DNA of 51,908 nucleotides from positions 1 through 51,908 of the forward strand of contig JAVVFY010000005.1 in NCBI GenBank assembly GCA_032249395.1, written 5' to 3'. A model generated the notes under the pieces. The model saw nothing but the letters and a program-made list of their open reading frames with translations, was not told the DNA's origin and searched no databases. Shown one piece after another: positions 27,985 to 37,366 of the stretch. Source of the DNA: Candidatus Aenigmatarchaeota archaeon (GTDB lineage Archaea; Aenigmatarchaeota; Aenigmatarchaeia; CG10238-14; SpSt-28). Numbering within the stretch: the stretch's first letter is position 1; the number at the start of each line of letters is the position of its first letter. The position numbers were made by a program, and so were the translations under genes.

Positions 27985-28499
27985 TTTTAATCACCTACAT
28001 ATATTTTTTATTTTATACACACTAATTTAATATTATAAAGGGTATTTAATATCTTTTCGGGGGAGAGCACCTGAGACTGTATGCAATTTATCTCTAGTCT
28101 AAATATGTTCCACATAAAGCGTTTCGTATTTAATAAAGCGTAAAGTTTAATGTATATAAATTGTCTTAACCGGACTTAAAGAAGCTAAATCTTCTAAAGG
28201 TCGTCCCATAATAGGGTGTTTGAAATAAAGTTAGAAGTAAGTTATAGTATCTTACACTATCTTATGACAAAGCTTATATACGAGTGCAATCCTCCATAAG
28301 AATTCTCTTTCAATTATAATTCCGTTTTCCTGCTTTATGTTTTTGTCTCATATATTATCCTCTTCTACCTGTGACTGGGATAACACATACGTCCATTCAT
28401 GGATTATACCATACTATCTAGAGTTGCTTTCATCAATTCTATCCGTATTTACAGGGAATATACTCTACTACTACAGCGAATAAGTATAAACTTCGTTAA

Positions 28500-28646
28500 A
28501 TGGCTCTGGAGAAGGAATTGAAAAAGTTGGGGAGTTTGCTTAAAATAGGCTATCGGCTTAAAGTTGTTTGGTCACCGAACAATAGTTCAAGCTTATCTGC
28601 CATTCATCTATTAGCGTTAAGGTATAGTTTATTGGAAAGTATTTAA
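28500..28646 (+). pseudogene. Possible truncated gene fragment
   Basis: MALEKELKKLGSLLKIGYRLKVVWSPNNSSSLS reads as protein-like, then degenerates; 48 codons. Confidence 0.3.
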
Positions 28647-28684
28647 GCTTTATTTGTTAATATAACAATATAGGATGAGATAGT

Positions 28685-28957
28685 ATGGTAGGAGTAATCA
28701 TCCGCTTATACCACCAAGGTAAGATTATAGAAAAAGAGTTGATTTCGAAGAGCCCAAAACCTATCTGCAGATATGTTGTCAGAGAAGAGCTAAGTGAAAA
28801 GGATCTAGCGATGCTTCCAGAGAATGCGAGAAAACACTTTTTAGAGAGACCTGATACAAGAGTCTATTTTTATAACTGCAACTTTAATGTAGGAGATTAT
28901 GTGTATGTATATTTAGTAACAGATCCCAAAAAATTATCCCAACAATTTATTTTGTGA
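28685..28957 (+). CDS. Hypothetical protein
   Basis: 90-aa ORF with TATA-like and purine-rich upstream sequence. Confidence 0.55.
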   Translation: MVGVIIRLYHQGKIIEKELISKSPKPICRYVVREELSEKDLAMLPENARKHFLERPDTRVYFYNCNFNVGDYVYVYLVTDPKKLSQQFIL

Positions 28958-29257
28958 AACAACAGGACTTATGGTGTAATGTTTTGTTGGTTTTTTATAA
29001 TAAAATCTGACATCTATACAGAAAGTTAACAAACTGGTCATAGCAAAGAAAAAGTTACTTAGAGTGAGGGAAAATCATTCAACAGTATCATCAGAAAGAC
29101 TACTGAAAATATTGCGCAACCCTGCTAGCTCACAAACAACTTCGAATTGTCCTAAAAATTTTGGAGAGAGTTATACACAACATCTTGACATCGTAAACTT
29201 TGTTTAATCATTTTATATTTTCTAGAAAAAACTTAAAGATAGACAATAAACTAAAGA

Positions 29258-30550
29258 ATGGAATATTTTACACTTGATGACTTTGATGTTAAAGGAAAAG
29301 TAGTTATCGTAAGAGTTGATATTAATTCATACTACGATGTTCCTTCAAAGAAGCTTCTTGATTCACCAAGAATAAAAGCTCATTCGAAGACTATAAAAGA
29401 GCTTCAAGAAAAAGGCGCAAAGGTTGTTGTTTTGGCACATCAAGGAAGGAAAGGAGACGAAGATTTTATTAGCTTGGAAAAACATGCCGAACTTTTAAAC
29501 AAGTATTTAGAAAGGCCGATTGAGTTTATTGATGATATTGTTGGAGAAAAAGCGAAGAAAAAAATTAAAGAACTAAAAGAAGGAGAAGCAATACTTTTAG
29601 ACAATGTTAGATTTTTAGACGATGAAACAAAAGAGAAGAGCATAGAAGAGCATGCTAACTCAACAATAGTTAAAGAGTTAGCACCGCTTGCAAACTACTT
29701 TGTGCTAGACGGATTTTCTGTTGCTCATAGAAGCCATGCAAGTGTTGTTGGTTTTTCAACACTTTTGCCATCAATGGCAGGTAGAGTGATGGAAAAAGAA
29801 TTGAATGCTATAAGCAGAGCATTTTTCGATTTTGGAGACAAATTCAAGATAGTTGGTAAACTATTGATACACGACTTACCAAGATTTCAATTAAAATGGG
29901 ATGTATTCATTTTAGCTGGTGCAAAAGTTGATGATTGTTTGAAAGTTATGGAGAGATTATTGTCTTCGAAAAATTTGGAGATTAAAAAAGTTTTGCTAGG
30001 TGGATTAACTGCTAATCTTTTCTTGCACGCCTCTGGCATAGATATTAATGATGATAACAGAAAAGTTTTACAAGACATGGGATATTTGCAATTAGAAGAG
30101 CGAGCCAAGAAGTTGCTAAATGATCACAAAGATAATATCCTTCTACCAGAAGATGTTGCAATAGAAGAAGACGGAAATAGAGTTGAGTATGATGTTAACA
30201 ATATTCCTAAAAAAGGTTTGATTTTGGATGTCGGTAAAAAAACGATTGAGAAATTTAAGGAAATTTTGAGAGATGCTAAGTATATAATTGTCAAAGGACC
30301 ATTAGGAATGTACGAAAGACAACCATTTTCAATAGGAACAAAAGAAATTCTTGAGACTTTATCTAACTTGAAGTCTTTTACATTGATAGGAGGCGGAGAT
30401 ACATCTACAGCTTTAGAAGTTTTTGGAATACCTGAAGAAAAATTCTCTTATGTGAGCTTGGCAGGAGGAGCTTTAATAGATTACTTATCAGGAAAAGAAT
30501 TACCTGGAGTCAAGGCCTTAGAAATTTCCTATAAAAAATTCAAGAAATGA
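29258..30550 (+). CDS. pgk: Phosphoglycerate kinase
   Basis: VRVDINS, AHQGR, DNVRF, AHRSHAS, GGGDT, SLAGGA. Confidence 0.97.
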   Translation: MEYFTLDDFDVKGKVVIVRVDINSYYDVPSKKLLDSPRIKAHSKTIKELQEKGAKVVVLAHQGRKGDEDFISLEKHAELLNKYLERPIEFIDDIVGEKAKKKIKELKEGEAILLDNVRFLDDETKEKSIEEHANSTIVKELAPLANYFVLDGFSVAHRSHASVVGFSTLLPSMAGRVMEKELNAISRAFFDFGDKFKIVGKLLIHDLPRFQLKWDVFILAGAKVDDCLKVMERLLSSKNLEIKKVLLGGLTANLFLHASGIDINDDNRKVLQDMGYLQLEERAKKLLNDHKDNILLPEDVAIEEDGNRVEYDVNNIPKKGLILDVGKKTIEKFKEILRDAKYIIVKGPLGMYERQPFSIGTKEILETLSNLKSFTLIGGGDTSTALEVFGIPEEKFSYVSLAGGALIDYLSGKELPGVKALEISYKKFKK

Positions 30551-30554
30551 TTTC

Positions 30555-31220
30555 CTATCTGGATGAAAAAACTTTAGCAATTTTTTCTAGGAACTTTCTT
30601 TTGTTTTTTGCAAACACAAAAGCGCTTGCTATTAAAACACCTTGTGTACCAAAATCTAAGGCAGATTTTACATCTTCTTCATTAGTTATTCCTGCTCCAC
30701 AAAGCTTAACAATTTTTGGATTAATTCTCTCAACAAGCTCTACAAAATCCCTAAGAGATTCTGCCTTGTATTTTGACACAGCTTTTCCTGTAGCTATTAG
30801 TTCTGGCGGCTCATAACTCAAAGAATATGGTGATAGCTTTGCAATATTTTCAGCTTCTTTCAAGTCGGATGCTAAAGCAAATATTTTGATTCCATACTTT
30901 TTTGAGATTTTTATAATTCTTTCAATTTTTTCTATTGGAACTTTTTTCTCAGAGTGATTAATTAAGGAACCATAGACACCATATTCCTTTAGTGAATTGA
31001 AAGAGACACTTCCAGTAAATCTTCCTTCTTCTACATCATCAACATGCTGAGCTATTATAGGTATATTAACATTCTTTACTATAAGTGGAATATCTAAAAA
31101 CTGTGGTGCGACGAAAATGTCAATTTTATATCTTTTTGAAATTTCTTCAGCAATCTTTGCAAGTTTTAGAGATTTTTTACCGCTAGCTTCTTTGTATGCT
31201 TTAAAATTCAAAACTATCAT
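30555..31220 (-). CDS. tpiA: Triosephosphate isomerase (archaeal type)
   Basis: LNFKAY, LINHSE, YEPPELI, CGAGI, GVLIAS. Confidence 0.96.
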   Translation of the reverse strand: MIVLNFKAYKEASGKKSLKLAKIAEEISKRYKIDIFVAPQFLDIPLIVKNVNIPIIAQHVDDVEEGRFTGSVSFNSLKEYGVYGSLINHSEKKVPIEKIERIIKISKKYGIKIFALASDLKEAENIAKLSPYSLSYEPPELIATGKAVSKYKAESLRDFVELVERINPKIVKLCGAGITNEEDVKSALDFGTQGVLIASAFVFAKNKRKFLEKIAKVFSSR

Positions 31221-31984
31221 TTGTGAACAATCCTCCTAATTTCTTTAAGTAGGTTTACTGCCTCTTCATCTTTTCTCATCCAGATATTTCTTCCAATTGC
31301 TACACCAGCTGCACCAACGCTCATTACATCTTCTACAATTTTCAAAACATCTTTCTCTTCCGAAATTTTTGGACCACCTGCAACTAAAACTGGAACAAAA
31401 CAGTCTTTAACAACTTTAGAAAAACTTTCTTTATCTCCAGTATAATAAGTTTTAACTACATCAAAACCGATTTCTGCTCCAACTCTAGCTGCATATCTTA
31501 TAGCATCTGGATCATATTTTGATTTAAGTTTTTTACCGCGAGGGTAAGCAAAACCAAAAATTGGCATTTTGTATTTGTTGGCATCTTGCTTTATTTCTTC
31601 AAAAATTTTAAACATCTCAGCCTCTCTATCAGAACCAAAGTAGATTGTGCAAGCAATTGCTTTCGCACCAATATCTCTAGCTTCTTTAACGCTTGTCACA
31701 ATTTGTTGAATTTGATTTTCATCAGTACTCAAACTTGTTCTTGCAGTCAATTTAACAATTATTGGCAATTTCCCAACCACCCTCTTAATCTTTTTTGCAA
31801 CACCAATATGAACTATTATTCCATCAACTTTTCCTTCCACAGCAATTCTTGCTATTCTTTCTGGTGACAAATCTATTCCTTCATAAACACTCGGCCCATG
31901 CTCTACAGCGTGGTCAAAAGCTAAAAGTAACGCCTTTCCATCTTTCATTATTTCTTTAAGCTTTTTCTCTTTTGATTCGAACAT
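31217..31984 (-). CDS. Class I (DhnA-type) fructose-bisphosphate aldolase
   Basis: AFDHAVEHGP, YPRG, DVVKTYYTGD, VAGGPK, GRNIW. Confidence 0.9.
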   Translation of the reverse strand: MFESKEKKLKEIMKDGKALLLAFDHAVEHGPSVYEGIDLSPERIARIAVEGKVDGIIVHIGVAKKIKRVVGKLPIIVKLTARTSLSTDENQIQQIVTSVKEARDIGAKAIACTIYFGSDREAEMFKIFEEIKQDANKYKMPIFGFAYPRGKKLKSKYDPDAIRYAARVGAEIGFDVVKTYYTGDKESFSKVVKDCFVPVLVAGGPKISEEKDVLKIVEDVMSVGAAGVAIGRNIWMRKDEEAVNLLKEIRRIVHK

Positions 31985-32912
31985 TTTTCTCACTCATGAA
32001 TTCTAAGACTTCTTTTTCGTTTGGAAAATATCCTTTGCCTTTACTAATCTTAAGTGCAGCATATGCATTTGAGAATTTTATAGAATAATCTATATCTTTT
32101 GTTTTTGAGAAAGAATGGGAAAAGGCTGCAGTGAAAGAATCCCCCGCTCCCGTCGTGTCAATAACTTTAACTTTATAAGCCTCAAAAATTTTTAGCTTAT
32201 CATTAAAAACAACTGCACCTTTCTTACCCATTGTAACTATAACTGTTGCTTTTGAAATTTTTTTCAATTTTTTACAAGCTTCTAGAGGATTTTTTGTTTG
32301 AGTTAATTTCATGGCTTCTTTTTTATTCATTATGACAAACTCAGATTTCTTCATAAATTCTAGCAAGTTTTCTCTCTGATAATCGACCATTGCAACGCTT
32401 GGATTACAAATTATCTTAATTCCATGAGTTTTAGAAACTTCTATAGCTTTTCTTAAAAATTTAATATTCTCATTGCTTGTCATGCTTGTAAAAATAAACC
32501 AATCGCATTTTTTTAAAACACTAACATCTAAATCCTTTTCTGATAAAAGATTGTTTGCCCCTCTATAAGTTAATATTGTCTTTTCTTCTCCATAAAGGAA
32601 AATTAATGAGAAGCCCGTCATAGAATTTTCTTTTTTAACATTTTTTGTTGATATTTTGCTTTTTTTCATTTCCTTTAAAATCATTTCTCCATAACTATCA
32701 TTACCGACTTTTCCAAAAAATTCTACTTTATTTCCGAGAATTGAAAGAACTTTTGCAACGTTAAAGCCAGAACCACCAACATCCAAAGAAATCTTTTCAA
32801 TTTGGGTTTTGTAATCAAACGGAAAAGCAAGCAAATCTTTAATTAGGAAAAAATTTTTCGAAGGATAGATTGTTATGTCGATAACTAACGATCCAACAAC
32901 ACAAGCCTTCAT
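31956..32912 (-). CDS. PfkB/ribokinase family carbohydrate kinase
   Basis: GGSGFNVA, GKVGNDSYG, DTTGAGDSF. Confidence 0.92.
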   Translation of the reverse strand: MKACVVGSLVIDITIYPSKNFFLIKDLLAFPFDYKTQIEKISLDVGGSGFNVAKVLSILGNKVEFFGKVGNDSYGEMILKEMKKSKISTKNVKKENSMTGFSLIFLYGEEKTILTYRGANNLLSEKDLDVSVLKKCDWFIFTSMTSNENIKFLRKAIEVSKTHGIKIICNPSVAMVDYQRENLLEFMKKSEFVIMNKKEAMKLTQTKNPLEACKKLKKISKATVIVTMGKKGAVVFNDKLKIFEAYKVKVIDTTGAGDSFTAAFSHSFSKTKDIDYSIKFSNAYAALKISKGKGYFPNEKEVLEFMSEKNVRIKREKA

Positions 32913-32916
32913 TACT

Positions 32917-34179
32917 CTATTTTTTCTCTTCAAATAAATTTCTTCTACTTTCTAACAACAATCTAGTTTTGAAGTCTGCTAATATTCCCATGAAGTTTGC
33001 AAAAGCTTCTTCTGGAGTACCAAAACTGCTGAAATACTTGTGAACATCACCATCGGCCCACCATTTATTACAAATATAATAATAATGGTCGCTTTGTTGT
33101 AATAATCTCCAAATCTTTATCAAATCCTCATTTTTACTTTTCTTAACAATCTTTTCTAGATTTTTAACTTCTTCAAAGGCAATTTGCTGCATTTTATTTC
33201 CCAGCCATGCGGATACGTCTCTTTCCATATCTGCCCAAGAAACTGTTGAAAATTCAAAAACATCAATTTCTCCGATTGGTTGGTATTTTTCTATGGCTTC
33301 GCTTGCTTTTAAAAACTCTAGATTATCGTATTTAAGAACCATGTATGGTAAAGCCTTCAAAAACCAAAATATTCCACTTTCTTCTGGCTGATGTTCTCCA
33401 AAAGTTTCATAATCTATGAAAATATTGATAACCTGGCCAGGCGTAGCACTTAGCCAAGCAGCATATTTTTCAGCTGTTAAAGGCCATTGGTCCCAATTTC
33501 TTGCGGAGAATCTATAACCAATATCGTCGCTTAATCTATAATTTCTTAACAAAACTCTTATTCTTTTATCTGGTGTAGGGTCATTTGGATAACAATATTT
33601 TCTCACATAAACATAGTTTGGATTCCTCCATTGTAATATTCTTTCTGCACCTTCGGTAAATATTGCCTTAAAGCCTAAATTTTCAACTATTTTTGCAATT
33701 CTATTATTATAAATCATCTCTGTATTTACAAAAACTTTTGGTTCTATGTTGAAATAATCTTTTAACATTTGTCTATGCATTTCAACCTGTTCTACGAATT
33801 CTTCTTCACTCTCATACAAACTAGCTAACGAATGAAAATAAGTCTCCCCGTAAAACTCAACTTCTTTTTTCTCAGCAAGTTGCTTAAAAGTTGATAAAAC
33901 ATCCTTATTAAATTTTTCTGCACTTTCTACGAATGTTCCAGTTAAACTAAAACCAACTTTGAATTTTCTTTTTTCATGTTTTAAATTGTCTAAAATTTCC
34001 AAAATTATTCTATTTGTAGGTAAATAACATTTGTTAGCTACTCTATCAAAAATCCATTTGTTCAACCCATTATTAAAGTAGGCATCATAAAGCTTTCTAT
34101 CTTCTATAAATCCATTTGATTGAAAATGTGCAATTCTAATAGGTTGATGAACTTGAAATGAAAGAGTTACGGATGGCAT
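32917..34179 (-). CDS. GH57 alpha-amylase
   Basis: FQVHQP, ETYFHSL, NTEMIY, LSDDIGYRFS, DYETFGEH, SDHYYY. Confidence 0.93.
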   Translation of the reverse strand: MPSVTLSFQVHQPIRIAHFQSNGFIEDRKLYDAYFNNGLNKWIFDRVANKCYLPTNRIILEILDNLKHEKRKFKVGFSLTGTFVESAEKFNKDVLSTFKQLAEKKEVEFYGETYFHSLASLYESEEEFVEQVEMHRQMLKDYFNIEPKVFVNTEMIYNNRIAKIVENLGFKAIFTEGAERILQWRNPNYVYVRKYCYPNDPTPDKRIRVLLRNYRLSDDIGYRFSARNWDQWPLTAEKYAAWLSATPGQVINIFIDYETFGEHQPEESGIFWFLKALPYMVLKYDNLEFLKASEAIEKYQPIGEIDVFEFSTVSWADMERDVSAWLGNKMQQIAFEEVKNLEKIVKKSKNEDLIKIWRLLQQSDHYYYICNKWWADGDVHKYFSSFGTPEEAFANFMGILADFKTRLLLESRRNLFEEKK

Positions 34180-34222
34180 AAGTTTTATTTCTTTTATATT
34201 AAAAATTTTTGATTTTAGATGA

Positions 34223-34684
34223 TTAAATTAATTTAAACTCAGCTCCAACTAAAGCAAAAATTAGTATCTTAAAAAATCTACCAATAAACGTTGCCAATAT
34301 AAATTTTTTTATTTCATAGTTAGCCAAACCTGCTAATATGCCTACTGCATCGAATGGTACAGGAAAGAAAGCAGCCAGAGATATCGTGATGAAACCATTT
34401 TTCTTAAAGAATTTTTCGAATATCGTCACAATTCTATTTCTTTTACTTTCTATTAGTTTGTTTCCCCCCAAACCAACAAAATATCCTGTTAGTTCTCCTA
34501 TTGCCATTCCTGCAGCAGAAAAAATTGCGATTAAAAAAGGATTCATCCCAAGCGAAGATGCTAGTATCACAATAAGATATAGTGGTGTGGGTAAGAATAT
34601 GGTAGATGCCGAAATTGCGCTAATTATGAATATTCCTATATATCCAAAATACAAAATTAAAGGGTAAATTAACGACTCAAACAT
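34223..34684 (-). CDS. VTT/DedA-type membrane protein
   Basis: TIFLPTP, AIGELTGYFVG, PFDAVGILAG, GRFFK. Confidence 0.85.
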   Translation of the reverse strand: MFESLIYPLILYFGYIGIFIISAISASTIFLPTPLYLIVILASSLGMNPFLIAIFSAAGMAIGELTGYFVGLGGNKLIESKRNRIVTIFEKFFKKNGFITISLAAFFPVPFDAVGILAGLANYEIKKFILATFIGRFFKILIFALVGAEFKLI

Positions 34685-34687
34685 AAT

Positions 34688-35110
34688 TTATCCTATATAG
34701 TTTTTATCTTCCTTTTTGGTTGGAACGACAATGGGGAACGGAAGTGGGGAAGGAAGCCTTAATTCATCCGCCAATATTATAGCTAAAGTTAGGCATTTTT
34801 TAAAAAGAAAATTTTTTATTTCTATATCTATATCTTCTGGCAACCTTTGGTCTTTTTTCCACATTTTTAGGCCATCTTTTATATTTTTTCCATCATATAG
34901 CAATTTTCCAAACATTCTTATATTTCCGAAACCTTCTTTATACTCAACTAGAAATTCAAATTCTACCTCCAAAACCCTCTTCTTATTTAAGATTTCTATT
35001 TCTTTTTCTTCTACAGATATTATTTTAGCTGATGAGGTTATATCTAACTTGCCAGAAATTTCTTTCACTTTGTTTGCTTCTATTTTATCAAAGTTATATC
35101 CTATTATCAT
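34688..35110 (-). CDS. Conserved archaeal hypothetical protein
   Basis: IIGYNFDKIEA...FLVEY...GKLLY...LRLPSPLPFP. Confidence 0.75.
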   Translation of the reverse strand: MIIGYNFDKIEANKVKEISGKLDITSSAKIISVEEKEIEILNKKRVLEVEFEFLVEYKEGFGNIRMFGKLLYDGKNIKDGLKMWKKDQRLPEDIDIEIKNFLFKKCLTLAIILADELRLPSPLPFPIVVPTKKEDKNYIG

Positions 35111-35157
35111 CTTTATACCTTACTTTCTAATTATTTAAGCATAATTTTCTAAGTTTT

Positions 35158-35985
35158 TTGATGAGGGAGACATTAATTCTTTTAATTTTTTTTGTTATTA
35201 CTTTGCTTTTTTCAATTTATCTTGGAATTTTAACCAAAAAATCTATAGAGAAAGGGGAAATTGAACCAGTATTTAAAGATCCGAAGGATTACAGAAACTC
35301 GATATATCTTTTACTTCTTGTTTTAGCAGGAACTATAGTACTACTATTTTTTATGAAAACGAAGTTTGAGATGATAAGATTAATGGAAAATGTGGCTCTT
35401 TTCTTTTTAATTTCTACTACCTTTTCCTATTTTCTTCCTACCATTTTGTCCATAGTTATATCTATATCCCTGCTAATATTATCGGAAGTAAAGAGATCTC
35501 AAATTATTAAAAACATATGTTTGTTTTTGTCTGTTTCATCCGCCTCGGCGTTGGTAGGTTCATCTTTAGACTACAAGGTAACTCTTTTATTTTTTCTACT
35601 TCTTTCTTTTTATGACTTTATTTCAGTTTTTATTACAAAACACATGGTTTTTATCGCAGAGAAATTGCTCTCAAGACCAACAGCATTAATTTCAGTTTTT
35701 CCTTATAAGAAAGAAAGGAGAGTAACATTTACAAGAGGTAAGAAGAAAATAAAAATTATAGCGCTTGGTGCAGGAGATTATTTTGTACCAGCTGTGTTGT
35801 GTGTCTCTCTTTTAGAACTAGGTATTAAATTTTCTCTATTGTGTGTAGGTTTTAATACTATAATGCTTTTCATAATTTTTTACTTGATTAACATTAGGGA
35901 AGTTGCTGGACCATTGCCTGCAATACCATTTTTGTTTTTATCGTCGATTTTATCATTAGCCACAGGTTTTTTACTTTTTAGATAA
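35158..35985 (+). CDS. Presenilin-like GxGD intramembrane aspartyl protease
   Basis: YDFISVF, LGAGD, PLPAIP; multiple TMs. Confidence 0.9.
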   Translation: MMRETLILLIFFVITLLFSIYLGILTKKSIEKGEIEPVFKDPKDYRNSIYLLLLVLAGTIVLLFFMKTKFEMIRLMENVALFFLISTTFSYFLPTILSIVISISLLILSEVKRSQIIKNICLFLSVSSASALVGSSLDYKVTLLFFLLLSFYDFISVFITKHMVFIAEKLLSRPTALISVFPYKKERRVTFTRGKKKIKIIALGAGDYFVPAVLCVSLLELGIKFSLLCVGFNTIMLFIIFYLINIREVAGPLPAIPFLFLSSILSLATGFLLFR

Positions 35986-36039
35986 ATTTAAAGAAAATTA
36001 AAATCAATATTGATAAAATAAAATATTATTTAAAGACAT

Positions 36040-36150
36040 AGCCCCGTCGTCTAGCGGCCAAGGATACCGGGCTTTGGTCTATAACCAAAGCTTTGACAAA
36101 AGATGATAGGAAGAAACCCGGGGACGGCGGTTCGAATCCGCCCGGGGCTA
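36040..36150 (+). tRNA. tRNA-Gln(TTG) with 38-nt intron at 37/38 (36078-36115)
   Basis: A1:U72 AGCCCCG/CGGGGCT acceptor; CCGGG-CT-TTG-G[intron]A-CCCGG; BHB with CTTT/GAAG helix, GGT and AAA bulges, CTAT/ATAG stem. Confidence 0.95.
36084..36109 (+). ncRNA. Putative intron-encoded guide-D'-C' box module targeting U34 of tRNA-Gln
   Basis: ACCAAAGC-T-TTGA-CAAAAG-ATGATAG; the guide is the reverse complement of GCTTTGGT in the host tRNA. Confidence 0.6.
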
Positions 36151-36702
36151 TCATGCAACAAATAATTTATGTCTTTCTTCTTTGTTTTGTATTTCTTGAA
36201 GTATTCTTTTTACAATCATTTTTTTAGGGTCCGGCAACATTTCAATTCTGTTTTTAATATCTTCGAATGATTCGAATGGTTTTCTTTTTCTTTCTTGCAG
36301 TATGTTAAAGAGATGTTTTTTGCCCAAACCCGGTAAGAGTTCTAGGGAATGCATTCTTGTGGTTATCGGACCACTTGTATTAAAGAAATTTACAAATCTT
36401 TTTTCATTTTTCTCAACAATTTCGCTAACAACCTCTTCTAAAATATTTTTCGCAAAGCTTGTTAAATCTTCATACGTTATTCTTCTTTTTATATATTCTA
36501 CTTCTTCTCTTTTTCCACTTCCAATGTAGATCCTATCTTTTGGTTTAGGTTGTATACCCTTTTTTATAACAACCTCTAGTAACATAAAGTAAGATTCTCC
36601 TATACCTTGAACTGTTGGTTCTGCTCTCTTGTCTGTGGCTTTTCCCATTGGCAGAAAATCTAGAACTATCAAGTATTCTTCTTTTTTTATCAAATCTCTC
36701 AC
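36151..36702 (-). CDS. DUF655 family putative RNA-binding protein
   Basis: IVLDFLP, FMLLE, TRMHSLELLPGLGKK; sits in the usual rpl21e-rpoF context. Confidence 0.9.
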   Translation of the reverse strand: MRDLIKKEEYLIVLDFLPMGKATDKRAEPTVQGIGESYFMLLEVVIKKGIQPKPKDRIYIGSGKREEVEYIKRRITYEDLTSFAKNILEEVVSEIVEKNEKRFVNFFNTSGPITTRMHSLELLPGLGKKHLFNILQERKRKPFESFEDIKNRIEMLPDPKKMIVKRILQEIQNKEERHKLFVA

Positions 36703-37032
36703 CTAAAGAAACTTTTTAACAGTTTCAATTATTGTGTTTAATTCCGAATCTTCAAAAAGAGTGTAGTCTTTATAAAGAACTGTTCTTAACTCTTCTTTTG
36801 TGGTAGGAAGAAAGTTACAAATTTGAATTATTTGCTCTTCTTTTAGTTTTTTTATTTTAGTTAGTTCTTCTTTCATTTTCTTTACGCTTTTTAAATCCAA
36901 TTTAGTAAACTTTGATAAGTGTTCTAGTGCGTTATTTTGTTCGTAGGTAAGACTTTTAGTTTTTTTACTTTTATTTTCCATTATTTCTTTAGCTTCAGCA
37001 AATGTTACTGGTTGCTCAGCTATTATCTCCAT
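36703..37032 (-). CDS. rpoF: RNA polymerase subunit F (Rpo4)
   Basis: VTFAEAKEI, LTYEQNNALEHL.KF, NFLP; gene order. Confidence 0.88.
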   Translation of the reverse strand: MEIIAEQPVTFAEAKEIMENKSKKTKSLTYEQNNALEHLSKFTKLDLKSVKKMKEELTKIKKLKEEQIIQICNFLPTTKEELRTVLYKDYTLFEDSELNTIIETVKKFL

Positions 37033-37061
37033 GATTATATTATTTGATTGTTAATTTAAAA

Positions 37062-37352
37062 CTAAAAATTCAAAGGTTTAAGGTGTTCCGGTCTAGAAAT
37101 TACTTTCTTTATTTTTTTACCGACTTTTACTTTAACAACATATGCTCTTCCTCTTTTTTCTATGATCTCACCTACCATTCCTTTAAACCTTGAAAAAGGC
37201 ATTCCTTTGAAGCTAGTCGGTTCTTGATCTATAATTACTTTTTCTCCTATGTTAAACTTTTGTATAAATTTGGTTATAAGAGGCCTATACCTAGCTTCTC
37301 TTGCTAGCTTTTTTCTTGTTTTCACCCTAAAGCCTTGAGACTTTTTAACCAT
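37062..37352 (-). CDS. rpl21e: 50S ribosomal protein L21e
   Basis: SQGFRVKTRKKL, KGMPFSRFKG, RPEHLKP. Confidence 0.95.
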   Translation of the reverse strand: MVKKSQGFRVKTRKKLAREARYRPLITKFIQKFNIGEKVIIDQEPTSFKGMPFSRFKGMVGEIIEKRGRAYVVKVKVGKKIKKVISRPEHLKPLNF

Positions 37353-37366
37353 TATAATCACTTTAT

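Noticed and set aside
28058-28080. GC-rich blip GGGGGAGAGCACCTGAGACTG as a possible RNA or att fragment
   Set aside because: No pairing partner and no match to the tRNAs in the window.
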